Part shown: positions 24,471 through 34,337 of the stretch, piece after piece | Numbering within the stretch: the stretch's first letter is position 1 | Layout: each line of letters begins with the position of its first letter | The notes under the pieces: model-generated | Told to the model about the DNA's origin: nothing | What the model saw: the letters and a program-made list of their open reading frames with translations, nothing else | Databases searched by the model: none | DNA from: a virus | Taxonomy: Duplodnaviria; Caudoviricetes | Length of the DNA stretch: 36,177 nucleotides | IMG/VR virus record: IMGVR_UViG_3300047095_000168 | Location: 1-36,177 of that record | Direction: 5' to 3' (one strand) | Made by a program: the position numbers and the translations under genes

Positions 24471-26066
24471 CTATATGATCCCGAGCGCCACAAGGACCGC
24501 AACCTCTTCCTCGATGGAATTGGTTGTCATCGTGACGCGGCGACCGGTCGAGGCGTTGATCTCCTCGATCAGCTTCTGCGCCTCTGCGGACTTCGGGGGC
24601 TCTGGTTTCGGTTGCGGAGCGGGCTCGACGGCTTCGGGTGGCTCGTCAAGGCGGCGGAGGATCTTGCGGATCTTCCGCACATCCCTACGGTCCAGCCCTT
24701 GGGCGAGCATCCGGGCCAAGCGCTCGCCGCGCAAGTCCTCGGCAGGCCCGATCTCCTGGTCGTTAACGATGACGACCGGCCTTTCGGTGGTGCTGGCGCG
24801 GAGGTAGACGCCGGGGCTGACCTGGCGCAGGTACGCATTCGGCCTGCGCTGGTACGACGCCCACCGAGCGAACTTCTGCGGGACCGACGCCGCGCCGCCA
24901 ACGATCCGCGCCTCTGCCGAGACAATGCTCTGGCCGATTGCTGACGCGGAGGTCGCCGCAACGCTTGGGGTGACGGCATCGACCGTGCTGCTGCCGACTG
25001 CGTTGGCGTCTGCCGCCTGGACGCGAGCGCTGGAGGCGTCAACGGTGCTGGACCCGACTGCGTCTGCGTTTGCCGCGCCAGTCTCCGATGCGGTCGCGGC
25101 AACGGTACTTGCCCCCGACGCCGAAGCCGATGTCTCCGCAACCCGCGCCGACGTGGCCGACACCGTGGACGCGCCCACAGCCGTTGCGTTCGTGGCCGAG
25201 ATTTCGCTTGCGTCTGCTGCGACGGTGCTGATGCCAACAGCCGTTGCGGTTGCAGACTGCGTGCGCGCCCCGGTTGCGGAAACCGTGCTGGTCCCGGTCG
25301 CCGATGCCGCAGCCGATGCCGTCTGGGCTGCTTGCGCGGCCACCACGCTTGAGCCAGCGGCGCTCGCGTCCGCAGCCTGCGTTTTGGCCCCGACCGCTGC
25401 GACCGTGCTGACTCCAGTCGCGGAGCCGTCGGCAGCCACAACCGCGCCGCCGGTCGAGCCGACAGCCGCAACAGTGCTGGTGCCGACTGCGCTTGCAGTC
25501 GTCGCCCTGTCCTGCGATGTCGTTGCGGAGACGGTGCTGGTGCCTGCGGCAGACCCGGTGGATGCGGCTGTTTGAGATGCGGTGGCGCTAACCACACTCG
25601 CGCCCGAAGCGGCCGCGTCAGCCGCTTGGGTCTTGGCCCCTACGGCATCGACGGTGCTGGTGCCGGATGCCAGTGCATCGGCAGCCTGCGTGCGGGATGC
25701 GGTGGCGGCGACTGTGCTTGTGCCGGTTGCGGAGGCGTCAGTTCCGAGAACTGCCGTGGCGCTTGCCGCAACAGTGCTTGCGCCCGTTGCCGCAGCATCA
25801 GCAGCGGCTACCGCCCCACCAGTGGACCCGACTGCTGCAACTGTGCTTGTGCCGACTGCCGACGCATCTGCACTTGCGGTAGCAGATGTCGTCGCATCAA
25901 CCGTACTGGTGCCGGTTGCGGAGGCGTTAGCTGCCGCAACTCCACCGCCACCTGTCCCAAGCAGCCCCGCAAAGAGGAACAGCAGCCCCTGGATGCCTTG
26001 GGCTGCCGGAGCCGCTCCGCCTGACGCTCCGAGGGGCGCAGAGCCGAGCGGCGCAGACCCCAACAT
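24471..26066 (-). CDS. Ala/Ser/Thr-rich repeat virion protein
   Basis: N-terminal LGSAPLGSAPLG, about 17 units of roughly 20 aa (A.A.A.G.STV.A), and a charged C-terminus. Confidence 0.8.
   Translation of the reverse strand: MLGSAPLGSAPLGASGGAAPAAQGIQGLLFLFAGLLGTGGGGVAAANASATGTSTVDATTSATASADASAVGTSTVAAVGSTGGAVAAADAAATGASTVAASATAVLGTDASATGTSTVAATASRTQAADALASGTSTVDAVGAKTQAADAAASGASVVSATASQTAASTGSAAGTSTVSATTSQDRATTASAVGTSTVAAVGSTGGAVVAADGSATGVSTVAAVGAKTQAADASAAGSSVVAAQAAQTASAAASATGTSTVSATGARTQSATATAVGISTVAADASEISATNATAVGASTVSATSARVAETSASASGASTVAATASETGAANADAVGSSTVDASSARVQAADANAVGSSTVDAVTPSVAATSASAIGQSIVSAEARIVGGAASVPQKFARWASYQRRPNAYLRQVSPGVYLRASTTERPVVIVNDQEIGPAEDLRGERLARMLAQGLDRRDVRKIRKILRRLDEPPEAVEPAPQPKPEPPKSAEAQKLIEEINASTGRRVTMTTNSIEEEVAVLVALGII
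24910..25935 (-). repeat. degenerate tandem coding repeat of about 60 nt (some units 69 nt)
   Basis: G(T/A/S)STV recurs every 20-23 aa. Confidence 0.85.
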
Positions 26067-26299
26067 CACTCGGTCGCTAGTTCGTCAGGTGCGGGAGGAG
26101 GCTCCGGGGCTTCGCGCCAGACCTGCCGCAACGCGCCGTCTCTCATCTCCGGCTCTGCCTCAACAAGGATCATTCCCGGCGCAGGACGCCAGCGAGGCGT
26201 CGGCAGCACAAGCGGGATGCCCGCGCGCTTTAGCGCCTCGACGTTGACGCCGTCGGGGATGGTTCCGTCGGGGTCGAGAAGAAATTGCCTCACGCCCAT
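26066..26299 (-). CDS. small fibre-associated protein (possible assembly chaperone); start 26299 or 26293
   Basis: Follows the Gly-rich fibre gene with overlap. Pro-rich, with a QVW motif. Confidence 0.55.
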   Translation of the reverse strand: MGVRQFLLDPDGTIPDGVNVEALKRAGIPLVLPTPRWRPAPGMILVEAEPEMRDGALRQVWREAPEPPPAPDELATE

Positions 26300-27435
26300 G
26301 AAATTACCCTCACCCATCCATCGCCGCCGTTGCCGCCAGCCCCGCTGGAGAACCCGTTGTCAGACGCTGCGCCGCCGCCGCCGCCCGAACCATAAATGCC
26401 GTTTCCGCCTGCACCAGTGGCCTGCCCTGTCGCATACGAGCCACCCCCGCCGCCGGTCGCCATGACCCGGTCGAAGAAATCGTAAGAGATCCCCGCGCTG
26501 CCGCTTCCGCCTGCGGTGCCGCCGCTGCCGCCTGCGCGATCCGCGTACACGATTCCGCTGCTTGACGCCGGTGCGCGGATAAGGCCGCCTGCGCCACCAT
26601 TTGCAGATGTGGTGCTTCCTGCGCCGCTGCCTGCGCCGCCTCCGCCTCCCGTATTCGAGACCAGCGGATGAGCGGTGCCTGTGCTTCCTGCGCTAATTTG
26701 ACCGCTGCCCCCTTGCACGCCCGCCAAACTGTCCATCGACGTGACAGAGATGGTCGAACCTCCGCCAGCCAAACTGTTGCTTCCCGACAGCCCGTTCAAG
26801 CCTCGCCCCGACGACGCAATGCTTCCGAAGCTGGAAACAGTCCCCGATGAGCCATTGAGACCGGTAGTTGAGTCCGCTGTTTGAGATGCACCACCCGCGC
26901 CGCCAGATCCGACCACGACCGTTTCGGTCGCGCCGACATACGAAGCGGGGCATGTGACCATCGTCAACCCACTTGACCCGCCACCCCCGCCGCCGCCACG
27001 CGAAAAGGCTGTCGAGTCGCGCATCCCGCTGCCACCCCCGCCGCCGCCACCGATCAAGATGATCTTGAGCATCTTGGCCCACGTCGGCTTTGTCCAGGTG
27101 GTGCTGCCGACCGTGGTGTAGGTGTCCACCTTGACCTGTGCGACATCCTCGGCCGCAGCCGAGATGAACACGCTGGCGCTGCCCGACAGGCTGATCGGGC
27201 TGTCGGCGTTGCTGCTTTCAAGGACGGTGCGAGAGAGCGTCGTGCCGCTTGCGGCATACGTCCCCTGCCCGATTTCCCATGCGGTGACGTCTTCCACCAC
27301 ATAGCGGACAACGTCCCCATCGACCACCCCAGCATCCGCAAACGATTGGTAGCCAGTCGCTGCGGAGCCGAGGGTGATCGTGCCGGTCCCGACCGTGGAG
27401 GTCGTCATCTTCGCGCGGTTCGCCAATTTCAGCAT
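26290..27435 (-). CDS. glycine-rich fibre protein
   Basis: LANRAKMTTSTVGTGTITLG..A.G.QSF N-terminus, then a TWTKP...IGGGGGGGSG...GGNGGDGWVRV Gly-rich domain. Confidence 0.8.
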   Translation of the reverse strand: MLKLANRAKMTTSTVGTGTITLGSAATGYQSFADAGVVDGDVVRYVVEDVTAWEIGQGTYAASGTTLSRTVLESSNADSPISLSGSASVFISAAAEDVAQVKVDTYTTVGSTTWTKPTWAKMLKIILIGGGGGGGSGMRDSTAFSRGGGGGGGSSGLTMVTCPASYVGATETVVVGSGGAGGASQTADSTTGLNGSSGTVSSFGSIASSGRGLNGLSGSNSLAGGGSTISVTSMDSLAGVQGGSGQISAGSTGTAHPLVSNTGGGGGAGSGAGSTTSANGGAGGLIRAPASSSGIVYADRAGGSGGTAGGSGSAGISYDFFDRVMATGGGGGSYATGQATGAGGNGIYGSGGGGGAASDNGFSSGAGGNGGDGWVRVISWA

Positions 27436-27465
27436 GTTGCGCCCCTGTCCTGGCGAAACCGCAGG

Positions 27466-27651
27466 CTATTCCGCCGCTCGCCTCGCGATTGTCGTCTTGA
27501 GACCTGCGATGGTGTCCTGCGTCTGGATGATCTGGTCGTTGATGTCCAGAACGGCGCTAAGGTCGCCGGTCTGCTCCGAGTTGCGCTTGGCAAGTTCCAA
27601 TTGCGCCAAGCGCCTCTCGGCCATCGAAAGCATGTACTCGATGGTCATCAT
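27466..27651 (-). CDS. 61-aa coiled-coil protein
   Basis: Only the 3' part of the 180-aa track ORF (MMTIEYML...) is free of overlap. Helical-hairpin pattern. Confidence 0.65.
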   Translation of the reverse strand: MMTIEYMLSMAERRLAQLELAKRNSEQTGDLSAVLDINDQIIQTQDTIAGLKTTIARRAAE

Positions 27652-27659
27652 CCCGCGCC

Positions 27660-28331
27660 TCAGATCGGGACTTCTTCCCAGTGTATACGGCCGAAAGCAC
27701 TGAACGTCGTCGAGGAGGTCGTATTCAGCAGCGCCAGCACGCCACCCGGCGGGACGATGATCGAGCCGTCGAAGTTCTCGAAACCACCGTAGCCGTTCAG
27801 CAGGGAGGTGCTGCCGAGGGTCGTGTACGTCAGGCCCGTGGGGCTGCTGAAGAGGCTTCCGGCAGCGATGACGAGGTTGTTCGTCAAGCCGGTCAAAGCG
27901 GTCGCACCCGCAAAACCGCGACCCTGCGATCCGGCGGCGACGAGGCTTTTGGCGTTGTACGGGGTCAGGCCAGTGGAGATCGCGTTGTTGCCTGTGGAGA
28001 CCGCCCACATAAAGGCACCCGGAGCTGCGCCGCTGGTCAGGTTGTTCGCGACGACTTGAAGCATCGCGCGCATAATGACCAAGTTGACGGGCGACGAGGC
28101 CGGATTGTAGACGCCCAGGATGGGGGTCGTCGTCGCCGTCAGTGTGATCGTGTTAGCCGACAGCGCCGTGAGACCGGTGTGACCGGTGAAGAACATGTTG
28201 CCGCGATAATTCTGCTCGTACATTTCGCCATGCAGAGCCGACATGATCACGTCGCCCTGGCGACCCTGGCGCAGCGGCGGGTTGACGCCATCGCCGAAGT
28301 TGACCGGGCCGGTCGTGCCTTGAACAAGCAT
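27660..28331 (-). CDS. hypothetical virion structural protein
   Basis: AAGGAG SD. Beta-rich and Thr/Gly/Ala-rich, ending in WEEVP. Confidence 0.7.
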   Translation of the reverse strand: MLVQGTTGPVNFGDGVNPPLRQGRQGDVIMSALHGEMYEQNYRGNMFFTGHTGLTALSANTITLTATTTPILGVYNPASSPVNLVIMRAMLQVVANNLTSGAAPGAFMWAVSTGNNAISTGLTPYNAKSLVAAGSQGRGFAGATALTGLTNNLVIAAGSLFSSPTGLTYTTLGSTSLLNGYGGFENFDGSIIVPPGGVLALLNTTSSTTFSAFGRIHWEEVPI

Positions 28332-28342
28332 TGGTAGTCTCC

Positions 28343-29641
28343 TTACTGATTGAAGAGATATGGGTCGTCGCGGAAGGTCGAGGCGTCATCAGGCATCGCC
28401 GCACCGACGCCTAGCCAATAGGGAAGATCTGCGATACGCGCGTTGAGGAGTTTCAGTTCGCGTACCACATCGTTGAGGGCATCAAGCACGCCAGCTTCCG
28501 ATGTGGTGGTGGCGTCGTCCAGGCGAACGCCAACTTGCCCCCTGGTCGTCCCCACCACATGGCGAACTCGGCCCTCTCCGTCCAGCACCCCCTGCTGAAC
28601 GGGGCGCACGCCAGTGGTGCTGAGAAGAGCGGACGCGCCCGCAACCAGCCCGCCGACGACTTGGGTGTTTCCTGCAACATCGGTCAGGATGCGCCTCACG
28701 GTCGTGCCATCTGAGCCGGAAATCTGCACTGGCGCGTTGGTGCTGTGGGCCGCGTTTGGGGCGGTCGGACCAAACGCATTCACCGCAAGTTGGGGAGTGT
28801 TTGCAGTGACGGCGAAGCCACCGATCTGGGCCAAATTGGTCGTTGTCAAAGACAGGTTGAAGCCTAGTGGACCGGCCTTGAGGTAAACCAGGACCAGCGG
28901 CTGGCCTGTGATCGTCCCGCCGAAATTGATGCGCGCGAATTTCCCGACGACAGGGAATACGGTGTACTCCGTTGTTGACATGCCACCGTTAGCCGCAAGG
29001 CTGAAGCCCCCCGCCAGCGTCGTTACGCCAGCCGAAGCACTCCCAAATCGGATGCCATCAACCGACTGCTGAACTCCTAGGTTTGAGCCTGCCGTGATCG
29101 CCCACACCACAATCGCGCTGTATCCCTCAACAGAGAAAACTGCTCCGTTCCGGTTCCCTGATATTCCCTGGTCTGGCCCATACAAGAAAGGACCGGCGTC
29201 TTTGCCAAGCGTGCGAAGCGCCCCATCGCTGTCTGTAAGCGCTTGCCGCTGCGCGCCCGTCGAGTCCCGCCCCGCAATCGGCATCGGCGTCGCGGTGTCG
29301 ATGGGCAGGGGGAAGCTTGGGTGCAATCCGACCATCTGGAGCGGCCCATCGCCAAGGCTATGCAAGCCGGTGGCGTTGAGGACTTCCTGCGCCTGTTCGT
29401 TGACCTGAGTCGGGTCAACCCGCAGCGCACCATTCTCGGTGACCAGAGCGCCCGGCCCCTGGTCCATGCGAACGGGAAGAGGGGCGACTGCGCTGACATC
29501 CTCAACCGTCTTGGCGTCGTCCGGACCGGAGACAACGGACAGGCCAACGATCTGGACCTGTGCCGTCTCTCCCGAATAGGTGACGGACCGGCTTGCGGCT
29601 TTGTCCCCAGAGCCTGGGGTGATGCCGACGTTGTCTGCCAC
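28343..29641 (-). CDS. hypothetical fibre-like virion protein
   Basis: GGAGG SD with GTG start. MADNV.ITPG.G N-terminus and repeated G.D..G..R...TD..G strands. Confidence 0.7.
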   Translation of the reverse strand: MADNVGITPGSGDKAASRSVTYSGETAQVQIVGLSVVSGPDDAKTVEDVSAVAPLPVRMDQGPGALVTENGALRVDPTQVNEQAQEVLNATGLHSLGDGPLQMVGLHPSFPLPIDTATPMPIAGRDSTGAQRQALTDSDGALRTLGKDAGPFLYGPDQGISGNRNGAVFSVEGYSAIVVWAITAGSNLGVQQSVDGIRFGSASAGVTTLAGGFSLAANGGMSTTEYTVFPVVGKFARINFGGTITGQPLVLVYLKAGPLGFNLSLTTTNLAQIGGFAVTANTPQLAVNAFGPTAPNAAHSTNAPVQISGSDGTTVRRILTDVAGNTQVVGGLVAGASALLSTTGVRPVQQGVLDGEGRVRHVVGTTRGQVGVRLDDATTTSEAGVLDALNDVVRELKLLNARIADLPYWLGVGAAMPDDASTFRDDPYLFNQ

Positions 29642-29642
29642 G

Positions 29643-30074
29643 TCAGTCCTCCGTGATGATCTGGCCCGAGTTGATGCGAGGGGTCGTGCCGCTGGAGATC
29701 GAGATCCCAGGCGTCAGGGTGCCAGAATACAGGATCTGCGTGGCCCCGCTACTCCCCTTCCCCACGCTGAAGAAGGTTGCGGAGACCGCCGCGCCACCGG
29801 TCGAAGCGGCGAAGTCCAGGTTCGCGGCCAAGCGCACCGTGTTGGCCGACACCACAAACGCGGCCGACGTGCGCGCCACCGCAGCACGGACATAGGAGGT
29901 GTAGCCGACCTCGCTGGTCGTCTGGTTGCCCGTCGCGCCGGGGTCTGCGCTGTGGAGGCTGAACCACAGGTCCGTCAGGGGCGACGTGCCGGTGTTCTGC
30001 GCCAGATTGGCGATGGCTCCGCCGTTGAAGAACAGCTTGAGGAAGTCGTTCGAGAAGTCGCGGCTCTTGCCCAT
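29643..30074 (-). CDS. virion structural protein (LHTADP-type, often annotated tail fibre)
   Basis: SLHSADPG..GNQTTSEVGYTSYVRAAVAR...ILYSG.L motif. Confidence 0.75.
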   Translation of the reverse strand: MGKSRDFSNDFLKLFFNGGAIANLAQNTGTSPLTDLWFSLHSADPGATGNQTTSEVGYTSYVRAAVARTSAAFVVSANTVRLAANLDFAASTGGAAVSATFFSVGKGSSGATQILYSGTLTPGISISSGTTPRINSGQIITED

Positions 30075-30092
30075 GTCATGCCCTTTCGTTCG

Positions 30093-32375
30093 TTAGGTTG
30101 GCGAACCGTTGTCGCCCTTGTGATTGATGATGACCTCGCGCGGCGGCGACACGATCTTGACCTCCTTCGGCCCGGCCATGGCAGTCGTCATGGCCTTCAC
30201 GATCTCCGCCACCTGCTTGGCCCCGGCCTCGGTCGATTGCGTTGCGGCCTGCTGCTGCTCACGGGTCGCCTGCGCCCGAGACTGCTCCGCCTCACGCTTG
30301 ATCTCGGCGTCGAGCCTGATCTTTTCGCGGTCGATCTGGGCCTGGACCTCCAGCTTCATGGTCGCCAGGGTCTGCTCCAGGGCCAGCTTCTCCTGGGCGA
30401 TCATCCGCTCATGCTCCATCCGCATCTGAGCGATCACCCGTTCGTTCTCGATCCGCATCTGCTGAAGCTGCTGGTCGCCAACCATCGATGCCTGCTTCAT
30501 CTGCTGGTCAACCTGCATCTTCTGGGCTTCAAGCTGGACCGTCTGCTGGACCTTCTGGGCCTCTAGCTGAAGCTTCTGTTGCTCGACCTGAACCTTTGCC
30601 TGCTCCGCCATCGCCTTCGGATCTGGCGCAGGCGGAGGAAGCTCGTCCACAGATCGCGGAAGAATGCTGTCAATGCCATCGATCTCCATCTCCTCAAGGA
30701 GCCTCCTTGACACCGCAAGGAGGACCTCCGGGTTGTTCCCGACAATGGGGTTCTTGGTGGCGAACTCGAACAGGAACTGCGCCTTCTGGAGGCGAGACTG
30801 CTGGGTCATCATGCGCGGGTCAGCAACGGGCATGATGAGCATGTCGTCAGCGAAGTCCTGCTCCGTGACGACCATCTCCTCGGGGCCTTCGAGGCCAATC
30901 GAGATGAAGCCCTCGACGCCCCGGAAGTAGATGCCGTGCAGCCGGTAGATCTTGTTCAGTTCCTTGGACCAGGAGTGCAGCAGGAACTCCTGCACGCTGG
31001 TGAACATGACCAGCGACTGCTCGACCATGGTCTGCATGGTCGTCGGCTGGAAGACCTTGTTGATGTCCCCCGCTGCGGCATCCGTCGTCGCGCCGATGCG
31101 CTGGGCTCGCCCCTCAAGCTGGGCGATAGCCTGCATCAGGGTAGGTGGTGGGGCAGGGAATGAGAGGGTCTTGATCCCCTTCTGGATGTCGTCGGTGCTT
31201 GCGGAGACCGTCTTCAGGGTGCCGAGTTCGATCTTGACCGGCCCCTTGCTGATGTTCAGGGCCTCCGAGATGAAGCCGCTCATGTTGCCGTGGATCGACA
31301 GCGTCGTGGCGTCGATGAACTGGCGCAGGAGCTTGTTGATGGCAATGTTGGTCTTCCCGAGGAGGAACCCCAGCCCGTAGCCGTAGAAGCCGTCCGGGTT
31401 CGCGAGGAACCGGTAGTGGGTATATTCCTCGATGGGCAGGCGGCCGTTCAGGGGCCTCCCCGACTCGTCCACCTCATACCGCACCTCGATGCGGAGCAAC
31501 TTCTCGGACGTCACGTCCACCCAGACCTTGTACGGCTCGCCAATGCCGTCTCCGTCCAGGTCTAGATCCCGGTGCTGCTCGATAATCTGGGCCATGTCCT
31601 CGCTCTGTGTCGCGGTTGGCCGGAACCCGTTGTCCCTGTCGTTCTGCTGCTGGATCGGGGACTCGATCTGCCCGACCATCATGGCCTCCGGCGGGAAGAG
31701 GAAGTACCCCTCCGCAGCCCGAATCCGCCCCTCGTTCAGTTGCAGGTGGATGAGTTCGCTCTTCCGGTGCACATCCTCGATGTTGATCGGGCCGATGTGG
31801 TACGGGACGAACAGGTCCTCCGCACGCACGGGGCGCGTGACGATCCGGTTCATCACCGGGTCGAAGTAGGTCTTGCTGAAGTCAGACCCGTGGACCGCCA
31901 CGCGTAGCAGCATCGCGGCCTTGTCTTCCTTGTAGGTCTGGTCCTTGAAGAACAGGGACCACTGGAGGAACTGGCTGACTCGCTTGGCCCGCTGCGAGGC
32001 ATTCGGGTCCGATGGCCTGGTCGAGACGGCGGCGACGGGCATACGCGAGGCGAAGAACGCCTTGTATGCCCGCGCCTGGAAGGAGTTGCACGCCTCCGTC
32101 AGGAGGCCCAGCGACTCGTCCGATGACCCGGGCCATGGCCGGTTGTACGGGGCATCCTGCTGGTTGTAGACCGCGACCCAGTCCGCGTGCATCGCGTCCC
32201 ACTCGGCGCGGCTGTCCCGGTCTGCACGGAAGTCCTCCATGCAGACTTGGGCGATGGACTCACGCTCCTGTTCGTCGAGGCTGTCCGCAATGTTGACGAG
32301 GAGAGCGTTCAGGGCCTGACGCTTGGTGCGCTTGACCCTTTCGTTGTCCCCTCGCCACTTGCGGTCTGCGCTCAT
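30093..32375 (-). CDS. portal protein
   Basis: PWPG.S, GSDFSKTYFD, IIEQHRDLDLDGDGIGEPY.V.VD, GFYGYG and IDATTL motifs, with a long Q-rich C-terminal barrel coil. Confidence 0.9.
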   Translation of the reverse strand: MSADRKWRGDNERVKRTKRQALNALLVNIADSLDEQERESIAQVCMEDFRADRDSRAEWDAMHADWVAVYNQQDAPYNRPWPGSSDESLGLLTEACNSFQARAYKAFFASRMPVAAVSTRPSDPNASQRAKRVSQFLQWSLFFKDQTYKEDKAAMLLRVAVHGSDFSKTYFDPVMNRIVTRPVRAEDLFVPYHIGPINIEDVHRKSELIHLQLNEGRIRAAEGYFLFPPEAMMVGQIESPIQQQNDRDNGFRPTATQSEDMAQIIEQHRDLDLDGDGIGEPYKVWVDVTSEKLLRIEVRYEVDESGRPLNGRLPIEEYTHYRFLANPDGFYGYGLGFLLGKTNIAINKLLRQFIDATTLSIHGNMSGFISEALNISKGPVKIELGTLKTVSASTDDIQKGIKTLSFPAPPPTLMQAIAQLEGRAQRIGATTDAAAGDINKVFQPTTMQTMVEQSLVMFTSVQEFLLHSWSKELNKIYRLHGIYFRGVEGFISIGLEGPEEMVVTEQDFADDMLIMPVADPRMMTQQSRLQKAQFLFEFATKNPIVGNNPEVLLAVSRRLLEEMEIDGIDSILPRSVDELPPPAPDPKAMAEQAKVQVEQQKLQLEAQKVQQTVQLEAQKMQVDQQMKQASMVGDQQLQQMRIENERVIAQMRMEHERMIAQEKLALEQTLATMKLEVQAQIDREKIRLDAEIKREAEQSRAQATREQQQAATQSTEAGAKQVAEIVKAMTTAMAGPKEVKIVSPPREVIINHKGDNGSPT

Positions 32376-34336
32376 ACATACGTCTCCTCAAGCGTGGGCA
32401 TCACTCCGCGCGTGTTCTGCCACAGCCACGCAACGATGCCGGGACCGTGCGCGTCCCACTGAATCCACGGGCTCTCCTGAAGAAGCCGGGTGAAGTCTTG
32501 GGCCTGACAGAGGATGTCTCTGTCCGTCCAGAACTGCCGACTCCTGCCCCCCACCGAGACGTCCATCGGGACGTATTTTGGGGTGCCATCCTGGTGCCGC
32601 GCGGACTTGTCGAGCTTGCTCTCGTCGAGGTGACAGGAGTCGAAGCCATACAGCCCAATCGACTGGAAGCCGAGGAATTGCCACGCCAGGATCATAGCGC
32701 GAACCGCCGACGAAGATCCTCCCCCCATCAGAAACTTCTGGTGTTCGGGCGGGAGGACCGACTTCTCATCGGCCCCCACGGCAGCGTGCCACCCGTAGAC
32801 CTTGCCGCCGCTGTCGAGAAGACGCCTCACCACACTCGGGTCAACCATCGAGGCGCAGAAGTACCGCACCTCTGGATGCGCGGCGGGCAGCAGTTCCGCC
32901 CGGGGGCGTCCGTGTGTGGAGATCCCCTCATGCGGGCGAGGGTCGAGGAGGACGCACCCCCAAGGGACCAGCCCGGCGTCGATGAGTTTCTGGTGGCTGT
33001 GCTTGACGCAGAACAGCACCGCACCTTGCTCGACCTCCCGGCGGATGGCCTCGATGGTCTCTGGCATGTCGAGCGACGGACCGGCCGAGGCGACGACCGC
33101 CCGGCGCATGTGGTGCTTGGCGTAGACCACCCAGTTCTGGATCTGGCCCAGGTTTGCGACGATGTTCGCCTGGATCGTCTCGTTCGGGACGCAGTTCTGC
33201 GTCTGGACGACCATGTTCGTCTGGTAGGCGTTGTTCGTGATCGCCTTGATCTGCTCCTTCTTGATCATCGACATCTGCCGGTGATGGAACACCGGGAGAG
33301 CGTCGGGGATTGGCTCGAAGTCCCGGGTGGCCGCCACATGGACGAACCCAAGCCCGTCCGTCGCGCGCTCCACAGACTCGAACGCAACGACGTCGGTCCG
33401 CACAGCGTTGATGCCAAAGCGGCTTGTGTCAACGTGCCGTCCCTCCTCGTCGGAGGAGTAAAACCCCAACAATATCATGGGCTTGTCGCCAATCTTGGCG
33501 AGCGACTCGCGGATTGCCTCGACCGGCTGCATCACACAATCGACGATGGGGACGTGACTGTCTGCGAGGTCGAACCCTTCGCCCGGGTGAATGACCTTCC
33601 CGATCCTCCCCGCCAGCAGGCGGGCAATGATCTCCGCGTTAGTCATCCCGGCCTTGCGCCCGCCCTTCTTGTGGACGAACACGCTGTCCAAGGGACTTGC
33701 CTCGAAGGCGTCCAGGCCATGTGGGCCTCCGCCGACTGGGCAAAGGTCGTGCCACTCGCTCTGGTCGGACTCGACATGCGCCAGCACGCAGACCATGAAC
33801 ACGTAGCTGTCGTGCAGTTCCGCGAGCTTCAGGACGTCGTCCTTGACGTACATGCCCGCAAACTTGCGGATGAAGTCGGCCCCCTTCCGGCGGAGGTTGA
33901 AGGCCATGAACCCGCATTCCGGGTGTGGTGCGGTGTGCGCGCGAGAGAGGAGGACTCCGTCCTTGTCCTCCGGCAAGATGCTGGCCAGGAACTCCATGGT
34001 CAGGGGCGCGCGAGTCTCCACGTCGCCGTCGAGCCAGATCAGCCAATCGTGGTCGTCTTCGAGGGCGTCTTCGAGGGCGGCCCGGATTGCGAAGACCTTG
34101 TGGCAGAACCGAACCAAGTCCTGCCGGTAGTCGTACCCGGGCTCGCCCTGATCGAGCCTCGACGCCGCGTGCCGCTCCATGAAGCTGCGAAACTCCGGGG
34201 CCATCGCCAGCCGGGCGTCGGTGATGACGTTGATGTCGATGCCTTTGGCCCAATGCTCCTCGGCCGTCTCCAGCCACCTTCGACCATACGCCTCGAACCC
34301 GGCATCCGACCACGTCGAGCAAACCATAACCTTCAT
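32372..34336 (-). CDS. fusion protein: N-terminal GT-A glycosyltransferase plus C-terminal DUF115 (Maf/MptE-like) domain
   Basis: RFCHKVFA...WLDGDV (DxD) and ECGF...FN...HDSYVF in the N-terminal part. VASAGPSL, LLDP and GGSSSAVRA..LA..LGF..I.LYGFDSC in the C-terminal part. Start MKVMV at 34336. Confidence 0.75.
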   Translation of the reverse strand: MKVMVCSTWSDAGFEAYGRRWLETAEEHWAKGIDINVITDARLAMAPEFRSFMERHAASRLDQGEPGYDYRQDLVRFCHKVFAIRAALEDALEDDHDWLIWLDGDVETRAPLTMEFLASILPEDKDGVLLSRAHTAPHPECGFMAFNLRRKGADFIRKFAGMYVKDDVLKLAELHDSYVFMVCVLAHVESDQSEWHDLCPVGGGPHGLDAFEASPLDSVFVHKKGGRKAGMTNAEIIARLLAGRIGKVIHPGEGFDLADSHVPIVDCVMQPVEAIRESLAKIGDKPMILLGFYSSDEEGRHVDTSRFGINAVRTDVVAFESVERATDGLGFVHVAATRDFEPIPDALPVFHHRQMSMIKKEQIKAITNNAYQTNMVVQTQNCVPNETIQANIVANLGQIQNWVVYAKHHMRRAVVASAGPSLDMPETIEAIRREVEQGAVLFCVKHSHQKLIDAGLVPWGCVLLDPRPHEGISTHGRPRAELLPAAHPEVRYFCASMVDPSVVRRLLDSGGKVYGWHAAVGADEKSVLPPEHQKFLMGGGSSSAVRAMILAWQFLGFQSIGLYGFDSCHLDESKLDKSARHQDGTPKYVPMDVSVGGRSRQFWTDRDILCQAQDFTRLLQESPWIQWDAHGPGIVAWLWQNTRGVMPTLEETYV

Positions 34337-34337
34337 T

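Noticed and set aside
24910-25935. Periodic sequence considered as a CRISPR array or DGR repeat
   Set aside because: The repeats are degenerate, in frame and coding. There are no identical repeats with unique spacers and no reverse transcriptase or cas gene.
24569-26247. Overlapping alternative-frame and antisense ORFs in the Ala/Ser/Thr repeat
   Set aside because: By-products of GCN/ACN-rich repeats that lack stop codons.
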